From: Hyphomicrobiales bacterium
GTDB lineage: Bacteria > Pseudomonadota > Alphaproteobacteria > Rhizobiales > Aestuariivirgaceae
Length of the DNA stretch: 64,000 nucleotides
Assembly: GCA_038230015.1 (NCBI GenBank)
Contig: JBBRNW010000013.1
Span: 1,336 to 65,335 of the forward strand
Direction of reading: 5' to 3'
Shown here one piece after another: positions 48,867 through 59,385 of the stretch (the stretch's first letter is position 1; every line of letters begins with the position of its first letter). The notes below the pieces were generated by a model that worked only from the letters and a program-made list of their open reading frames with translations, ran no database searches and had not been told where the DNA came from. A program made the translations under genes and the position numbers.

Positions 48867-50986
48867 AACTTGCACGGCTTAACGACAGGCTGACCTTTGC
48901 CTTGCCCGAACGCGGCATGCCGATCGTTTTGAATTGCTTTGCTTCGCATGGCCAAAATATAGAAGGGTGGGAAGTTATCCACCAACGCTCGAACCGCATT
49001 AACGGCATGGATGTGCCTTTGGCTTCCGCACAATATTTACCGACGGGTGGCATGGGCAATTTTGGTTGGCCTGCGATTCAGGGCCACAGGAACGGCACCC
49101 AGTTTATTTTGGAGCCAAGCCAATGGAATGTGGTCAATGGCGACGATGAATTGACTTTAGAGGGGGTCGACCCTGTTGCTGAAATCAAATTGCGTTTGCA
49201 TTTTCGCGAGTCTGCAACATTGATTATGCATAGCGAGCTGATCAATATTGGGACTACGCCCTATAATTTAGATCGCTGCATGGCTGCTAGCGTTTTGGTT
49301 CCGGGCGGTGCTGAAGCCATCACTTCTTACCGCGGCAAATGGGGCCAGGAATTTCAGGAGACAACAGAGCTTGCGGGCAATGCCCTGTGGCTTTTAGAAA
49401 GCCGCAAAGGTCGCACCTCCCATGATCGCTATCCAGCCCTCATCGTTAAGGGTGCATTTAGTGGCCTTTATGCCGTGCATTTAGGCTGGAGCGGCAATCA
49501 CTGCTTGGCTGTTGATCGTTTGGATGATGGTCGTTCAATGATTCATGCGGGCGAATTGTTTGAGCCCGGCGAAATGATTTTGGCCGCTGGCGAAACTTAT
49601 ACATCTCCTAAAGCCTATGCTGCGCGCGAAGCATGGGGCGATATTGATGATCTATCGCCTGTGTTCCATTGGTCTTTGCGCGGTGATGTTTTAAAATGGC
49701 CAAATGCTAAGATGAAGCCACGCCCCGTGTTGCTGAACACATGGGAAGGCAATTATTTTAAGCATGATGTTGAGCGTTTAAAGCAACAGGCCACACTGGC
49801 TGCCGAAGTGGGTATTGAACGGTTCGTATTAGATGATGGCTGGTTTGGCAAACGCGATGACGACACCTCAAGCCTTGGTGATTGGTTTATCGACAAACGC
49901 AAATATCCAAATGGTTTAAAGCCACTCATCGACCATGTGATCAGCTTGGGCATGGAGTTTGGACTTTGGTTTGAGCCTGAAATGGTGAACGTGAATTCTG
50001 ATCTGTATCGTGCCCATCCAGATTGGACATTGCAGGTGAAGGGCCGGCCCCTTCTCGACTCGCGCCACCAACACGTGCTTGATCTGACCCGCAAGGAAGT
50101 TAGCGACTATCTGTTCAACTGCATGCATGATGTGCTGAAATCCAACACCATCGCTTACATTAAATGGGACATGAACCGTGATCTCACCCATGCGGCTGGT
50201 GCTGATGGCCGGGCTAAAACACATGCGCAAACGCGCGCGGTCTATGCCCTCATGAACCGGATACGCGAGGCGCATCCGAATGTTGAAATTGAATCCTGCG
50301 CATCAGGCGGCGGGCGCATGGATTATGGTGTTCTCGAACATTCGCACCGTGTGTGGGTTTCTGATTGCACGGATGCCTTAGAGCGCCTCGAAATTCAACG
50401 CGGTGCAAGACGCTTTCTGGTGCCGGAAATTATGGGCTGCCATATTTCAGCGTCGCCCAACCATCAAACCGAGCGGATCCACACCTTGGCTTTCCGCGCA
50501 ATCGTGGCGTTTTTTGGCCATATGGGCGTTGAGCTTGATCCATCGAAATTATCGCGAGAAAAACTGGAGGAACTGAAGGGCTGGATCGCACTGCATAAAT
50601 CTTTGCGCCATGTGTTGCATGCACCCGAAGCCACAAGTTTTGATTTGCCAGTTGTGGATGGCCGTTATGTTTTTGGTGTGACATTGCATGAAGAAGATTC
50701 GCGCCATGAACATATGATCGTGGCAGTGGCGCAGGGCCCACATCCCAAACGTGAGCAGCCTGCACCGCTGCGCCTCCCGCTTTATAATGGCAATCACTCA
50801 TTCACAGTGCGCGAGATTGGCCCTGGGAAATACAAATTTGCGCGCAGCATTGCTGCACAGCACTTGATATTAAACGGCGAGCAAAAAATCGCCGGTGATC
50901 TCATTTCCTCGCACGGCATTCCGCTTCCTATTCTCTATCCTGAATCTGCAATCCTCCTCGAAATTAAATCTGAAAGGACACTTTGA
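48863..50986 (+). CDS. Alpha-galactosidase (GH36)
   Basis: FVLDDGWFG, FGLWFEPEMV, YIKWDMN (nucleophile), SCASGGGR, WVSDCTD (acid/base); start ATG 48863 overlaps the permease stop. Confidence 0.92.
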   Translation: MKLARLNDRLTFALPERGMPIVLNCFASHGQNIEGWEVIHQRSNRINGMDVPLASAQYLPTGGMGNFGWPAIQGHRNGTQFILEPSQWNVVNGDDELTLEGVDPVAEIKLRLHFRESATLIMHSELINIGTTPYNLDRCMAASVLVPGGAEAITSYRGKWGQEFQETTELAGNALWLLESRKGRTSHDRYPALIVKGAFSGLYAVHLGWSGNHCLAVDRLDDGRSMIHAGELFEPGEMILAAGETYTSPKAYAAREAWGDIDDLSPVFHWSLRGDVLKWPNAKMKPRPVLLNTWEGNYFKHDVERLKQQATLAAEVGIERFVLDDGWFGKRDDDTSSLGDWFIDKRKYPNGLKPLIDHVISLGMEFGLWFEPEMVNVNSDLYRAHPDWTLQVKGRPLLDSRHQHVLDLTRKEVSDYLFNCMHDVLKSNTIAYIKWDMNRDLTHAAGADGRAKTHAQTRAVYALMNRIREAHPNVEIESCASGGGRMDYGVLEHSHRVWVSDCTDALERLEIQRGARRFLVPEIMGCHISASPNHQTERIHTLAFRAIVAFFGHMGVELDPSKLSREKLEELKGWIALHKSLRHVLHAPEATSFDLPVVDGRYVFGVTLHEEDSRHEHMIVAVAQGPHPKREQPAPLRLPLYNGNHSFTVREIGPGKYKFARSIAAQHLILNGEQKIAGDLISSHGIPLPILYPESAILLEIKSERTL

Positions 50987-50988
50987 AC

Positions 50989-52089
50989 ATGGCAAAGGTA
51001 ACGCTGCAAAATGTCACCAAGAATTTTGGATCGGTGCAGATCATAAAAGGGGTTGATCTGAAAATTGCCGATGGGGAGTTTTGTGTTTTTGTCGGCCCAT
51101 CGGGCTGTGGCAAGTCCACATTGTTGCGCATGATCGCAGGTTTGGAGGCCATCACATCCGGCACGTTGCAAATTGGTGGCAAGGAAATGGCCGATGTGGC
51201 ATCAGCTGACCGGGGTGTGGCCATGGTGTTTCAATCCTATGCGCTCTATCCGCACATGACCGTCAAGGAGAATATTTCGTTCGGCATGCGCATGGCAAAG
51301 TTGCCAGCAGACCAGATTGCAGCGCGCGTGAAAGTAGCGACTGACATGTTGCAACTTGATCAATTGATGGACCGCAAACCTTCCATGCTGTCTGGGGGCC
51401 AGCGCCAGCGTGTGGCCATAGGGCGCGCCATTGTGCGAGAACCCGAGGTATTCTTGTTTGATGAGCCGCTTTCCAATCTGGATGCATCACTGCGCGTGCA
51501 AATGCGAATTGAAATTACCAAGCTGCATCAGGATTTGAAATCCACCATGATTTATGTGACCCACGATCAAGTGGAAGCCATGACAATGGCAGACAAGATT
51601 GTGGTGTTAAGCGCTGGGTTGATTGAACAAGTGGGGTCACCACTGGAACTTTATCACCGTCCCAATAACATGTTTGTTGCAGGTTTTATTGGCTCACCCA
51701 AAATGAATTTTATCAAGGCCATGATTTCCCCCGCCAAGGGTGGAAAGATTGCGGTCACCCTGCCCGGCAACAGCAAAATCACTCTCGAGGCTCAAGGCAA
51801 AACGATAACCGAACATCAAGCTGTCACACTGGGCATCAGGCCTGAGCACATTACCATGGGTCAAAAGAATGACGGTGAATTGAAGGGTCTGTTGCGCATT
51901 GCGGAATATCTCGGGTCCGAAACCATGTTCTATGCAAGCTTGGCAGATGGCACTGACTTTGCCGTGAAGGCCGATGGTTTGACCAAGGCCAAAACTGGAA
52001 CGGAAATCAAGTTTGGCATACCAGCTTCCGCATGTCACTTATTTGACAGCGCTGGCCACACAATTCTCAATGGAGACCTTTCAGCATAA
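50989..52089 (+). CDS. Sugar ABC ATP-binding protein (MalK/MsmX-type)
   Basis: [26 protein letters not shown]. Confidence 0.93.
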   Translation: MAKVTLQNVTKNFGSVQIIKGVDLKIADGEFCVFVGPSGCGKSTLLRMIAGLEAITSGTLQIGGKEMADVASADRGVAMVFQSYALYPHMTVKENISFGMRMAKLPADQIAARVKVATDMLQLDQLMDRKPSMLSGGQRQRVAIGRAIVREPEVFLFDEPLSNLDASLRVQMRIEITKLHQDLKSTMIYVTHDQVEAMTMADKIVVLSAGLIEQVGSPLELYHRPNNMFVAGFIGSPKMNFIKAMISPAKGGKIAVTLPGNSKITLEAQGKTITEHQAVTLGIRPEHITMGQKNDGELKGLLRIAEYLGSETMFYASLADGTDFAVKADGLTKAKTGTEIKFGIPASACHLFDSAGHTILNGDLSA

Positions 52090-54008
52090 TGCTTGGAGTT
52101 TGCTACTATCCCGAACACTGGCCGGAGGGCTGGTGGGCTGATGATGCGCGGCGCATGGTGGAGATGGGCATCAAGTTTGTGCGCATTGGTGAATTTGCAT
52201 GGAGCCGCATGGAACCTTCACGCGGCACTTATGAGTTTGGTTGGCTGGACCGTGCGGTGGACATTCTGGGCAAGGCCGGGCTCAATATTGTATTGGGAAC
52301 ACCCACGGCAACACCGCCCAAATGGCTGATGGACGAACACCCTGATATTGCTCCCATTGACGAGATGGAAAATGTGCGCGGCTTTGGTTCACGGCGACAT
52401 TACTCATTTTCGTCGGAAATTTATCAGACAGAATCTAAACGCATCGTCGAAAATCTGGCCAAGCGTTATGGCAACCACCCGTCTTTGGTGGGCTGGCAAA
52501 CGGACAATGAATATGGCTGCCACTTGAGTGTTCTGTCTTGGGGCAAACATGACTTGAAGGCATTCCAGAACTGGTTGCGCAAAAATTATCAAACCACGGA
52601 TCAATTGAACGAAGCGTGGGGCAATGTGTTTTGGTCGATGGAGGTGACAAGCTTTGAGCAGATTTCCCTGCCGCATCTGACCGTGACTGAAACCAATCCT
52701 GCGGCGCGGCTGGATTTCTGGCGTTTCCAATCTTCGCAAGTTGCCGCCTATGATAAAATGCAGTGCGATATCATTCGCGCGCATTCTCCCAGGCGCTGGA
52801 TTACCCATAATTTCATGGGGTTTTTCAACGAATTTGATCATTGGAAAGTGGCGGAGAATCTTGATCTGGCGTCGCATGATTCTTACCCGCTCGGGTTTGC
52901 TGAACAGTTTCCGTTTTCAGAAGAAGACCATGTGAAGTGGGCCGAGACATCTCACCCTGATATAGCGCCGTTTCATCATGATCTTTACCGCGGCGTTGGG
53001 CGTGGGCGATTTTGGGTGATGGAGCAACAGCCAGGACCCGTGAATTGGGCGCCGTGGAACCCGGTGCCAAAGCCCGGAATGGTGCGGTTGTGGACATGGG
53101 AAGCGCTGGCGCACGGCGCTGAGGTGGTGAGTTATTTCAGGTGGCGACAAGCGCCCTTTGCGCAGGAGCAAAACCACGCCGGCCTCAACAAGGCGGGGCT
53201 TTCAGAATTGTCGGTGGGTGGTCTTGAAGCCACGCAGGTTGGAAAAGAACTGTTCATGTTGCCAAAAACGACGCAAGCTCCCGTTGCCATTGTTTATGAT
53301 TACGAGGCGTCGTGGATCACGCGTATTCAACCGCAAGGACAAGACTTCCATTACCATGAGCTGGTGTTCCGCTGGTATGAGTCAGTGCGGCGGTTAGGAC
53401 TTGATGTGGATTTTGTGCCGCCCGGGCATTCGCTGGACAATTACACATTGGTTTTGGTGCCGTGCCTGCCGCATATCTCTGAGCCCGCACTAAAAGCTTT
53501 CGAGCGCAGTGACGCTGTGGTGCTTTATGGCCCACGCACCGGATCAAAAACGAGGCACTTTGCAATTCCTGAAGGATTGGCTCCGGGACCGTTGCGCCAT
53601 CTGTTGAAACTGCGTGTGACCCAAGTTGCATCTTTACGGCCGGGGCTGGTTGAAAAGGTTCAAGGCAAAATATCTGGCACAGCTTCGCGGTGGCGGGAAT
53701 ATGTTGAAACCACGGCGCAAGTGCTGGCTCGCTTTACCAATAAGGATGCGGCCGTAATTGCCAATGGTCAACACCACTATGTGGCCTGTTGGCCAGATGA
53801 GGCATTGTTAAATGATGTGATGGCATTGGTCGTGAAAAAGGCCAAGCTGAAAACTGTGAAGCTGCCGGAGCATATTCGGTTGCGGAAATGTGGTGCGCTT
53901 ACCTTTGCGTTTAACTATGGCAGCAAAGCGTGGAAGCTGCCCCTAGGGGCAAAGCTGGTGCTGGGCGCCTCAGTGTTAAAACCACAAGAGGTTGCGGCCT
54001 GGACATAA
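52089..54008 (+). CDS. Beta-galactosidase (GH42)
   Basis: LGVCYYPEHW, RIGEFAWS, WQTDNEY (acid/base), WVMEQQPG (nucleophile). Confidence 0.93.
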   Translation: MLGVCYYPEHWPEGWWADDARRMVEMGIKFVRIGEFAWSRMEPSRGTYEFGWLDRAVDILGKAGLNIVLGTPTATPPKWLMDEHPDIAPIDEMENVRGFGSRRHYSFSSEIYQTESKRIVENLAKRYGNHPSLVGWQTDNEYGCHLSVLSWGKHDLKAFQNWLRKNYQTTDQLNEAWGNVFWSMEVTSFEQISLPHLTVTETNPAARLDFWRFQSSQVAAYDKMQCDIIRAHSPRRWITHNFMGFFNEFDHWKVAENLDLASHDSYPLGFAEQFPFSEEDHVKWAETSHPDIAPFHHDLYRGVGRGRFWVMEQQPGPVNWAPWNPVPKPGMVRLWTWEALAHGAEVVSYFRWRQAPFAQEQNHAGLNKAGLSELSVGGLEATQVGKELFMLPKTTQAPVAIVYDYEASWITRIQPQGQDFHYHELVFRWYESVRRLGLDVDFVPPGHSLDNYTLVLVPCLPHISEPALKAFERSDAVVLYGPRTGSKTRHFAIPEGLAPGPLRHLLKLRVTQVASLRPGLVEKVQGKISGTASRWREYVETTAQVLARFTNKDAAVIANGQHHYVACWPDEALLNDVMALVVKKAKLKTVKLPEHIRLRKCGALTFAFNYGSKAWKLPLGAKLVLGASVLKPQEVAAWT

Positions 54009-54087
54009 AAGCACTCCTCGGCTTTCCTCAACCTTCCCCCGGTCCTGTTTAGGTGAAAGAACGTTCAGGCGCGGGGGAGCGCTTTTC

Positions 54088-55422
54088 TCACTTCAAATAG
54101 GTCTCCAAACTATCATCCATCGCGTCCAGCCAAGGTGTGTGATGTACGGGTGACATGGTTCCCGTCACGATGCTGCGGTAAGCCTTGTTGCGGTAGCCCA
54201 TAATGTCATGGGCCTTGTCGTGCTCCCACTCCACCAATGTGTGGTTGATCGCTTCTGTATCCAGTTTGGGATAATCAGTGGCGGCGATCAGTTCCTTTAC
54301 ATAATCGCCTTGAAATTGAATCATCTGTTCATCGTTTTCTAATTTCAATTCGCGCTTGCGCCAGACTTTGGAATTTTTTGCCATTTCGTCATGCTTGGGC
54401 AGTTTGATGCGGCCCAAAATCACATCGCGCACATACCAGGCTTGAGCGTCAAACATGTTGAAGGTGTAAAACTGGTCTTGCATTCCAATGTAGGAGAGCT
54501 TTGGATTTTGCTCCCACAACACACCCTTATAAAGATCCAGCGGCCACAGGCGGTTTGCGGTTTTCAAGCGCAGGTCTTCAGCCAGGAATGGGAAATGGTG
54601 TTGGTAACCCGTGCAGAGAATAATCGCATCGACAATTTTTGAAGTGCCATCCTTGAAGTGTGCGGTGTTGCCCTCCAGCTTTTGCAAAAGCGGCACTTGC
54701 GTGAAACGCTCTGGCCAATCAAAATTCATGGGCTTTGACCGGTAACTCGCGGTGACAGACTTCGCACCATATTTCCAGCACTGCGAACCAATGTCTTCGG
54801 CCGAGTAGGAGCGGCCAACGATCAATACATCTTTGCCCTTGAACTCCAACGCGTCCCGGAAATCATGGGCGTGCATCACGCGACCATTAAAAGAGCGAAT
54901 ACCTTCGAATTCAGGAACATTCGGCGTTGAGAAATGGCCGGATGCCACGATCACATTGTCAAATTGCTCCGTGTACATCTTATCTTTCACACGATCATGC
55001 ACAGTCACGTCAAAGAGTTTTTTCTTCTTGTTCCACTCCACCATGCGTGCAGGCGTTGAGAAGCGCACCCATTTGCGCACCTTGGATTTTTCCATGCGAC
55101 CCTTGATATAGTCAAACAGCACAGCGCGCGGGGGATAACTGGGGATGGCCTTGCCAAAATGCTCTTCAAAAGAGTAATCGCCAAATTCCAAAACTTCCTT
55201 GGGCCCGTTTGACCACAAATAGCGATACATGGACCCATGTACCGGTTCACCGTACTCGTCCAAACCGGTGCGCCAGGTGTAATTCCACAAGCCACCCCAG
55301 TCGCTCTGCTTTTCGAAGCACACAATTTCTGGGATTTTGGTTTTCTTTTTGGCGGCAGATTGGAAAGCGCGCAGAACTGCGGTGCCCGATGGTCCTGCCC
55401 CGATAATGGCTATGCGTGTCAT
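54088..55422 (-). CDS. tmm: Flavin-containing monooxygenase, trimethylamine monooxygenase
   Basis: [53 protein letters not shown]; downstream of dmm genes. Confidence 0.88.
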   Translation of the reverse strand: MTRIAIIGAGPSGTAVLRAFQSAAKKKTKIPEIVCFEKQSDWGGLWNYTWRTGLDEYGEPVHGSMYRYLWSNGPKEVLEFGDYSFEEHFGKAIPSYPPRAVLFDYIKGRMEKSKVRKWVRFSTPARMVEWNKKKKLFDVTVHDRVKDKMYTEQFDNVIVASGHFSTPNVPEFEGIRSFNGRVMHAHDFRDALEFKGKDVLIVGRSYSAEDIGSQCWKYGAKSVTASYRSKPMNFDWPERFTQVPLLQKLEGNTAHFKDGTSKIVDAIILCTGYQHHFPFLAEDLRLKTANRLWPLDLYKGVLWEQNPKLSYIGMQDQFYTFNMFDAQAWYVRDVILGRIKLPKHDEMAKNSKVWRKRELKLENDEQMIQFQGDYVKELIAATDYPKLDTEAINHTLVEWEHDKAHDIMGYRNKAYRSIVTGTMSPVHHTPWLDAMDDSLETYLK

Positions 55423-55469
55423 GGTATGTCCTTGTTAGATTGGTTTTTTCATCTTTGGCCGAGCACCCT

Positions 55470-56513
55470 TCATTCGGGAAAAATGCCGGGGCTTGTTGGC
55501 AAGCCGTCGTCATGTTTTGAAAGCCATTCTACGGTTGTGGGGCGAAACCGCGTGAGGCCTTTGTAATCGGCCAATTCATTTGGCAGATCGCGCAACACGC
55601 GGTGAAAGCGGCGCGCCCATTTCGGCACTGTCACCAGTTCATCCATCTTCAACAAATAACAGCGGATCACAAACAAAATGGCGTTGCTGCGGGGCAGCCG
55701 CCACAGGCTTTGCAACTCGCAGCGCAAGTGCACTTTATCGCCTACATTTTCAGGCGTTACAGTCAGGCGGTCGGTGCCCCATTTGTGATAATTCTCCGGG
55801 CTGGTATCAAGCCGCGGGTTGATGGTCATTGTCCAGTTCAAGCGACGCACGGGTTTTCCCTGCTGCAAATTCAGCAAAAATTTCAAGGCGCGGTCAAAAA
55901 CACCCATCTGGTGCGCAAGGGGCACAGGCCCGTGCCATTCCAAGAAGTTCATGCCAATATCAAAATCGAGCGACCAATCGGCTTGTGTGGTGACCATGCC
56001 AGCATCCATCCACAAATTGCCGTCACGTTGATCAACAATGCAGAAATCGCCCTGCGCCTGGCGCGTGATATATTCCATCGGCTCATAGGGGAGTGTTGAA
56101 GCATCGCCATAAGTGAATTTTTGATCGATGCCCAAAGGCCTGTTCACCCAGTGCCACTGATCAGCGTTTTTGGTAAGGCTGAAATGTTCGGGGTAATTGG
56201 CAGCCTGCTGCTCCATCAGAAGTTCCAGGGTGTCCCATTGCCCTGCCATCATGTGGGGCAACGCCTGGCAGCGCAGCGGGTCTTCTTTCAAAACCAGTGC
56301 GCGGTCTTGCATTTCACTCACGTAATGCTCGTCCACATCAATCATGTGTTCAAAGGCATAGCCTTTGGGGCCCGCAGGCACATGGGGTTCCATGTTCACC
56401 GCATACATATATTTGTCTTCATGGAACGGAAATGGGAAGCGCATGATATTTTCAGGGCTGTTGCGATAGGTGAAATCACCCCGGAATGTTTCCTGCTTGA
56501 ATTTGATGTTCAT
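55470..56513 (-). CDS. dmmC: Dimethylamine monooxygenase heme subunit (DUF3445)
   Basis: RFPFPFHEDKYMYAVN, QADWSLDFDIGM...WHGPVP, HLRCELQ. Confidence 0.85.
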   Translation of the reverse strand: MNIKFKQETFRGDFTYRNSPENIMRFPFPFHEDKYMYAVNMEPHVPAGPKGYAFEHMIDVDEHYVSEMQDRALVLKEDPLRCQALPHMMAGQWDTLELLMEQQAANYPEHFSLTKNADQWHWVNRPLGIDQKFTYGDASTLPYEPMEYITRQAQGDFCIVDQRDGNLWMDAGMVTTQADWSLDFDIGMNFLEWHGPVPLAHQMGVFDRALKFLLNLQQGKPVRRLNWTMTINPRLDTSPENYHKWGTDRLTVTPENVGDKVHLRCELQSLWRLPRSNAILFVIRCYLLKMDELVTVPKWARRFHRVLRDLPNELADYKGLTRFRPTTVEWLSKHDDGLPTSPGIFPE

Positions 56514-56522
56514 GATGGTTGC

Positions 56523-57488
56523 TTAGAGATCAAGCGTGATCTCATCTCCTTTCAGGCGTGACACACAGATCATTATTTTTGTGCCGGATGTCTTGTCATC
56601 CGGTTCGAGGTAAATATCATTATGCTCCAGTGTGCCATCGCAGGCCAACACGGTTGTCTCACATTGGCCGCAGGCCCCTCCACGGCACAAGTAGGGCGCA
56701 TCAATGCCTGCAGCTTCGACAGCTTCCAAAATGGATTGATGGGTTCCCACAGTAATGGTCTTGTTGGAACGCTTGAGCTTGGCGGTGAATGATTTGCCAG
56801 GCGGTGGGGCCAGGAAACGCTCCGAATGCAAATTCTGTTTGGGCCAGCCCAGATGGGTGGCCTTGTTCATCACGCCGTCAATCATTCCGGCAGGTCCACA
56901 GACGTAAAGATGGGTTCCCAGCGGCTGGTTGCTAAGCAATGCCTCCACTGGGATAAAAAGCTTTTCAGCATCAACATAAATTTTCACGCGGTGGGCACCA
57001 TAGCGCTCCGTCAGGTCTTGCCAGTAAGCGCCGTGCTGGCGGTCCCGCAAGGCATAGTGGAGTTCAAAATTTCCGCCTTCGCGGGCCATCTGGTCCATCA
57101 TCGCCATAAAGGGCGTAATGCCGATGCCGCCTGCCATGAAAATGTGTTTGCGGCCGCGCACATCATGAGGAAACAGGTTGATGGGTTGACTGATGATTAC
57201 GGTGTCACCTTGCGTTAACTTCTCATGCAGGAAGGCCGAACCCCCACGTGACTGTTCAACCCGCAGCACTGAAATTTCATAAGCACTTTGGTCCTGTGGA
57301 GACGACATCAGCGAATAAGGATTGCGACGCAGAAGATCCCCATCGCGCATGGCCACCACCACATGTGCTCCGCCTGAGAACACCGGAAGAGGCTTGCCAT
57401 CAAGGCGTTCGAAGCGAAAGCGCTTCACCCTCTCGGCAACCTGAGTGATTTTTGCAACGCGCACGTGCATTTCGGTGTTCACTGTCAT
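56523..57488 (-). CDS. dmmB: Dimethylamine monooxygenase reductase (PDR/VanB-like, FMN + 2Fe-2S)
   Basis: NPYSLMS, GGSAFLH, AGGIGITPF, YVCGP, LCRGGACGQC...C. Confidence 0.85.
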   Translation of the reverse strand: MTVNTEMHVRVAKITQVAERVKRFRFERLDGKPLPVFSGGAHVVVAMRDGDLLRRNPYSLMSSPQDQSAYEISVLRVEQSRGGSAFLHEKLTQGDTVIISQPINLFPHDVRGRKHIFMAGGIGITPFMAMMDQMAREGGNFELHYALRDRQHGAYWQDLTERYGAHRVKIYVDAEKLFIPVEALLSNQPLGTHLYVCGPAGMIDGVMNKATHLGWPKQNLHSERFLAPPPGKSFTAKLKRSNKTITVGTHQSILEAVEAAGIDAPYLCRGGACGQCETTVLACDGTLEHNDIYLEPDDKTSGTKIMICVSRLKGDEITLDL

Positions 57489-58060
57489 GGAAACATCTCG
57501 ACAGGTGGGGGTGCCGTGCCTGGTTCCTCGGCATCAATGCACACCCCTTGGAAGGCCGCAAGGCGGCGCGAATAATGATCACGCACCAGCAGATTCAAAC
57601 CGCAATGGGTACACACACAGGGCGAGGTTTTCACATCATCGGTGATGCCCTTGCAATGCACACATTGCACGCGCCTTGCGCGGGAGCCGCGGTGCTCGGT
57701 CAGGATGGAATTGAAATCGATGTCTTGGTCCAGTGCCACCTTCATGGCTTGGCCGATGAAGCCTTCAGTGCCCGCAAGATAAAGCCGTGTGCCCATTTTT
57801 GCGTTGATCAAATTGATGCGCAAGCGATTGAGCAGCACGGGAATGGTGGGGGCGGACCACATGATATCAGCTTGCACAGTCGCCAGCGGGCCCACGCTGA
57901 GAATGTCTGAAACCTTGAGAAAATCTGGGCCGTGAATTTTGACTTGATCGTGAAGGGCGTCAACACCCTTGCCCTCAAGTGCAAAAAGATGACGACGCGC
58001 ATTCGGGTCGATGGTCAGGCCTGTGTAGACAGGACGACTTTTAATCCCTTGCACTAGCAT
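57485..58060 (-). CDS. dmmA: Dimethylamine monooxygenase subunit A
   Basis: RRVQCVHCKG...CTHCGLNLLVRDHYSRRLAAFQGVCIDAE; probable start ATG 58060. Confidence 0.8.
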   Translation of the reverse strand: MLVQGIKSRPVYTGLTIDPNARRHLFALEGKGVDALHDQVKIHGPDFLKVSDILSVGPLATVQADIMWSAPTIPVLLNRLRINLINAKMGTRLYLAGTEGFIGQAMKVALDQDIDFNSILTEHRGSRARRVQCVHCKGITDDVKTSPCVCTHCGLNLLVRDHYSRRLAAFQGVCIDAEEPGTAPPPVEMFP

Positions 58061-58061
58061 G

Positions 58062-58093
58062 AAAAAAAACACTTCTCCACACAGCGGAGAAAG
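58062..58093 (-). promoter_or_regulatory. Hairpin plus U-tract covering the dmmA ribosome-binding site
   Basis: Minus strand CTTTCTCC-GCTGTGT-GGAGAAG-TGTTTTTTTT-C-ATG. Confidence 0.4.
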
Positions 58094-58135
58094 GGGCCGA
58101 AGGCCGGATGAGGTTCTTTAATCAAAGGCATGGTC

Positions 58136-59269
58136 CTACCCAATCGCGTTCCGCTTCTTTTTTTCCGGATCATCGAAGGTAATGGTGTGGGCTATGGCAC
58201 TTGCGCGCACAGTTTTACCGCGCACTTCAAGCTTGGTGCCTTGCACGGCGCACGCCACATCCATGCGGGCAATCGCCATGCTCTTTTTTGTAAGCTTGGA
58301 ATAGCAGGGGCTGGTAATCACACCCACTTTTTTATCGCCTGCATAAAGTTCATCGCCCAAATCGGTCGGGCCATCATGGTCCACCAGCACGCCGAAGATC
58401 TTGAAGCGTTCTTTGCCCTTCAGGCGGCGGTGTTCTTCGGCACCCCGAAACCCAACTTTGTTGGGGCTGACGGTGAAATCCAACCCAAGTTCCCACAGTG
58501 AGTCGCCTGGCGGTTGATCGGCAAAGGGATACATTTGCGAATTGTCATAGGGATAAAACAGAAGGTAACATTCGGCGCGCAGCATATCGAGCACAGAAAA
58601 GCAGACGGGGATGATGCCCATGTCCTTGCCTTCGGCCAAGATCCGGTCCCAGATCATGCCCGCATCTTGCCCACGCACAAACAACTCATAGCCCCGCTCG
58701 CCTGTATAACCGGTGCGCGAAATCATGGCAGGCGCACCAAAAAGCGTTGTTTGCATATGGTGAAAATATTTCAGGTCGCGAATGCCGGGCACATATTTGG
58801 CCAGGTAGTCAACCGCGAGCGGGCCTTGGAGAGAAAGATCATGGATATCATCATCAAACAAAACGGCGCAGTTTCGGCCATGGGCTTGTTTGACCAGTTC
58901 TTCATGCGCGGTGCCCGACCCATGCACCAGCATCCATGAATTGGGGCCGGTGCGATAAATCACACAATCATCAGTGAACATACCCCTGTCATTCAGCATG
59001 CAGGCATAAATTGACCGACCCGGATAAATCTTGCTCATGTCGCGGGTGGTGCAGTATTCCAGAATATTGATGGCGTGGGGCCCCACCAAATGAACTTTTT
59101 TGAGGCCAGATACGTCCATCAGACCAGCCTTGGTGCGAACGGCGATGTGTTCTTCGTAAATGTCCTTGTCATAAGTCCAGGCGGTGCCCATGCCGGACCA
59201 ATCCTCAAGCTTTGAACCCAAAGCCCGGTGGCGGTCTGCGAGAACTGAGAATCTCCAACACAGTGGCAT
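58136..59269 (-). CDS. dmmD: GcvT-like THF-binding subunit of DMA monooxygenase
   Basis: WRFSVLADRHRALGS...AGLMDVSGL, SRTGYTGERGYE; AAGGAGG RBS; first gene of dmmDABC-tmm. Confidence 0.8.
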   Translation of the reverse strand: MPLCWRFSVLADRHRALGSKLEDWSGMGTAWTYDKDIYEEHIAVRTKAGLMDVSGLKKVHLVGPHAINILEYCTTRDMSKIYPGRSIYACMLNDRGMFTDDCVIYRTGPNSWMLVHGSGTAHEELVKQAHGRNCAVLFDDDIHDLSLQGPLAVDYLAKYVPGIRDLKYFHHMQTTLFGAPAMISRTGYTGERGYELFVRGQDAGMIWDRILAEGKDMGIIPVCFSVLDMLRAECYLLFYPYDNSQMYPFADQPPGDSLWELGLDFTVSPNKVGFRGAEEHRRLKGKERFKIFGVLVDHDGPTDLGDELYAGDKKVGVITSPCYSKLTKKSMAIARMDVACAVQGTKLEVRGKTVRASAIAHTITFDDPEKKKRNAIG

Positions 59270-59385
59270 GACGGCCTCCTTAATGTTTCTTGTTGTTTCC
59301 TGAGCGGAATTATTTATTCATTAATCTAACCAAGATTTTGCAGCATGCAAGTGCGATGATGACCGGGGGAGAAAAAAAGATAATT

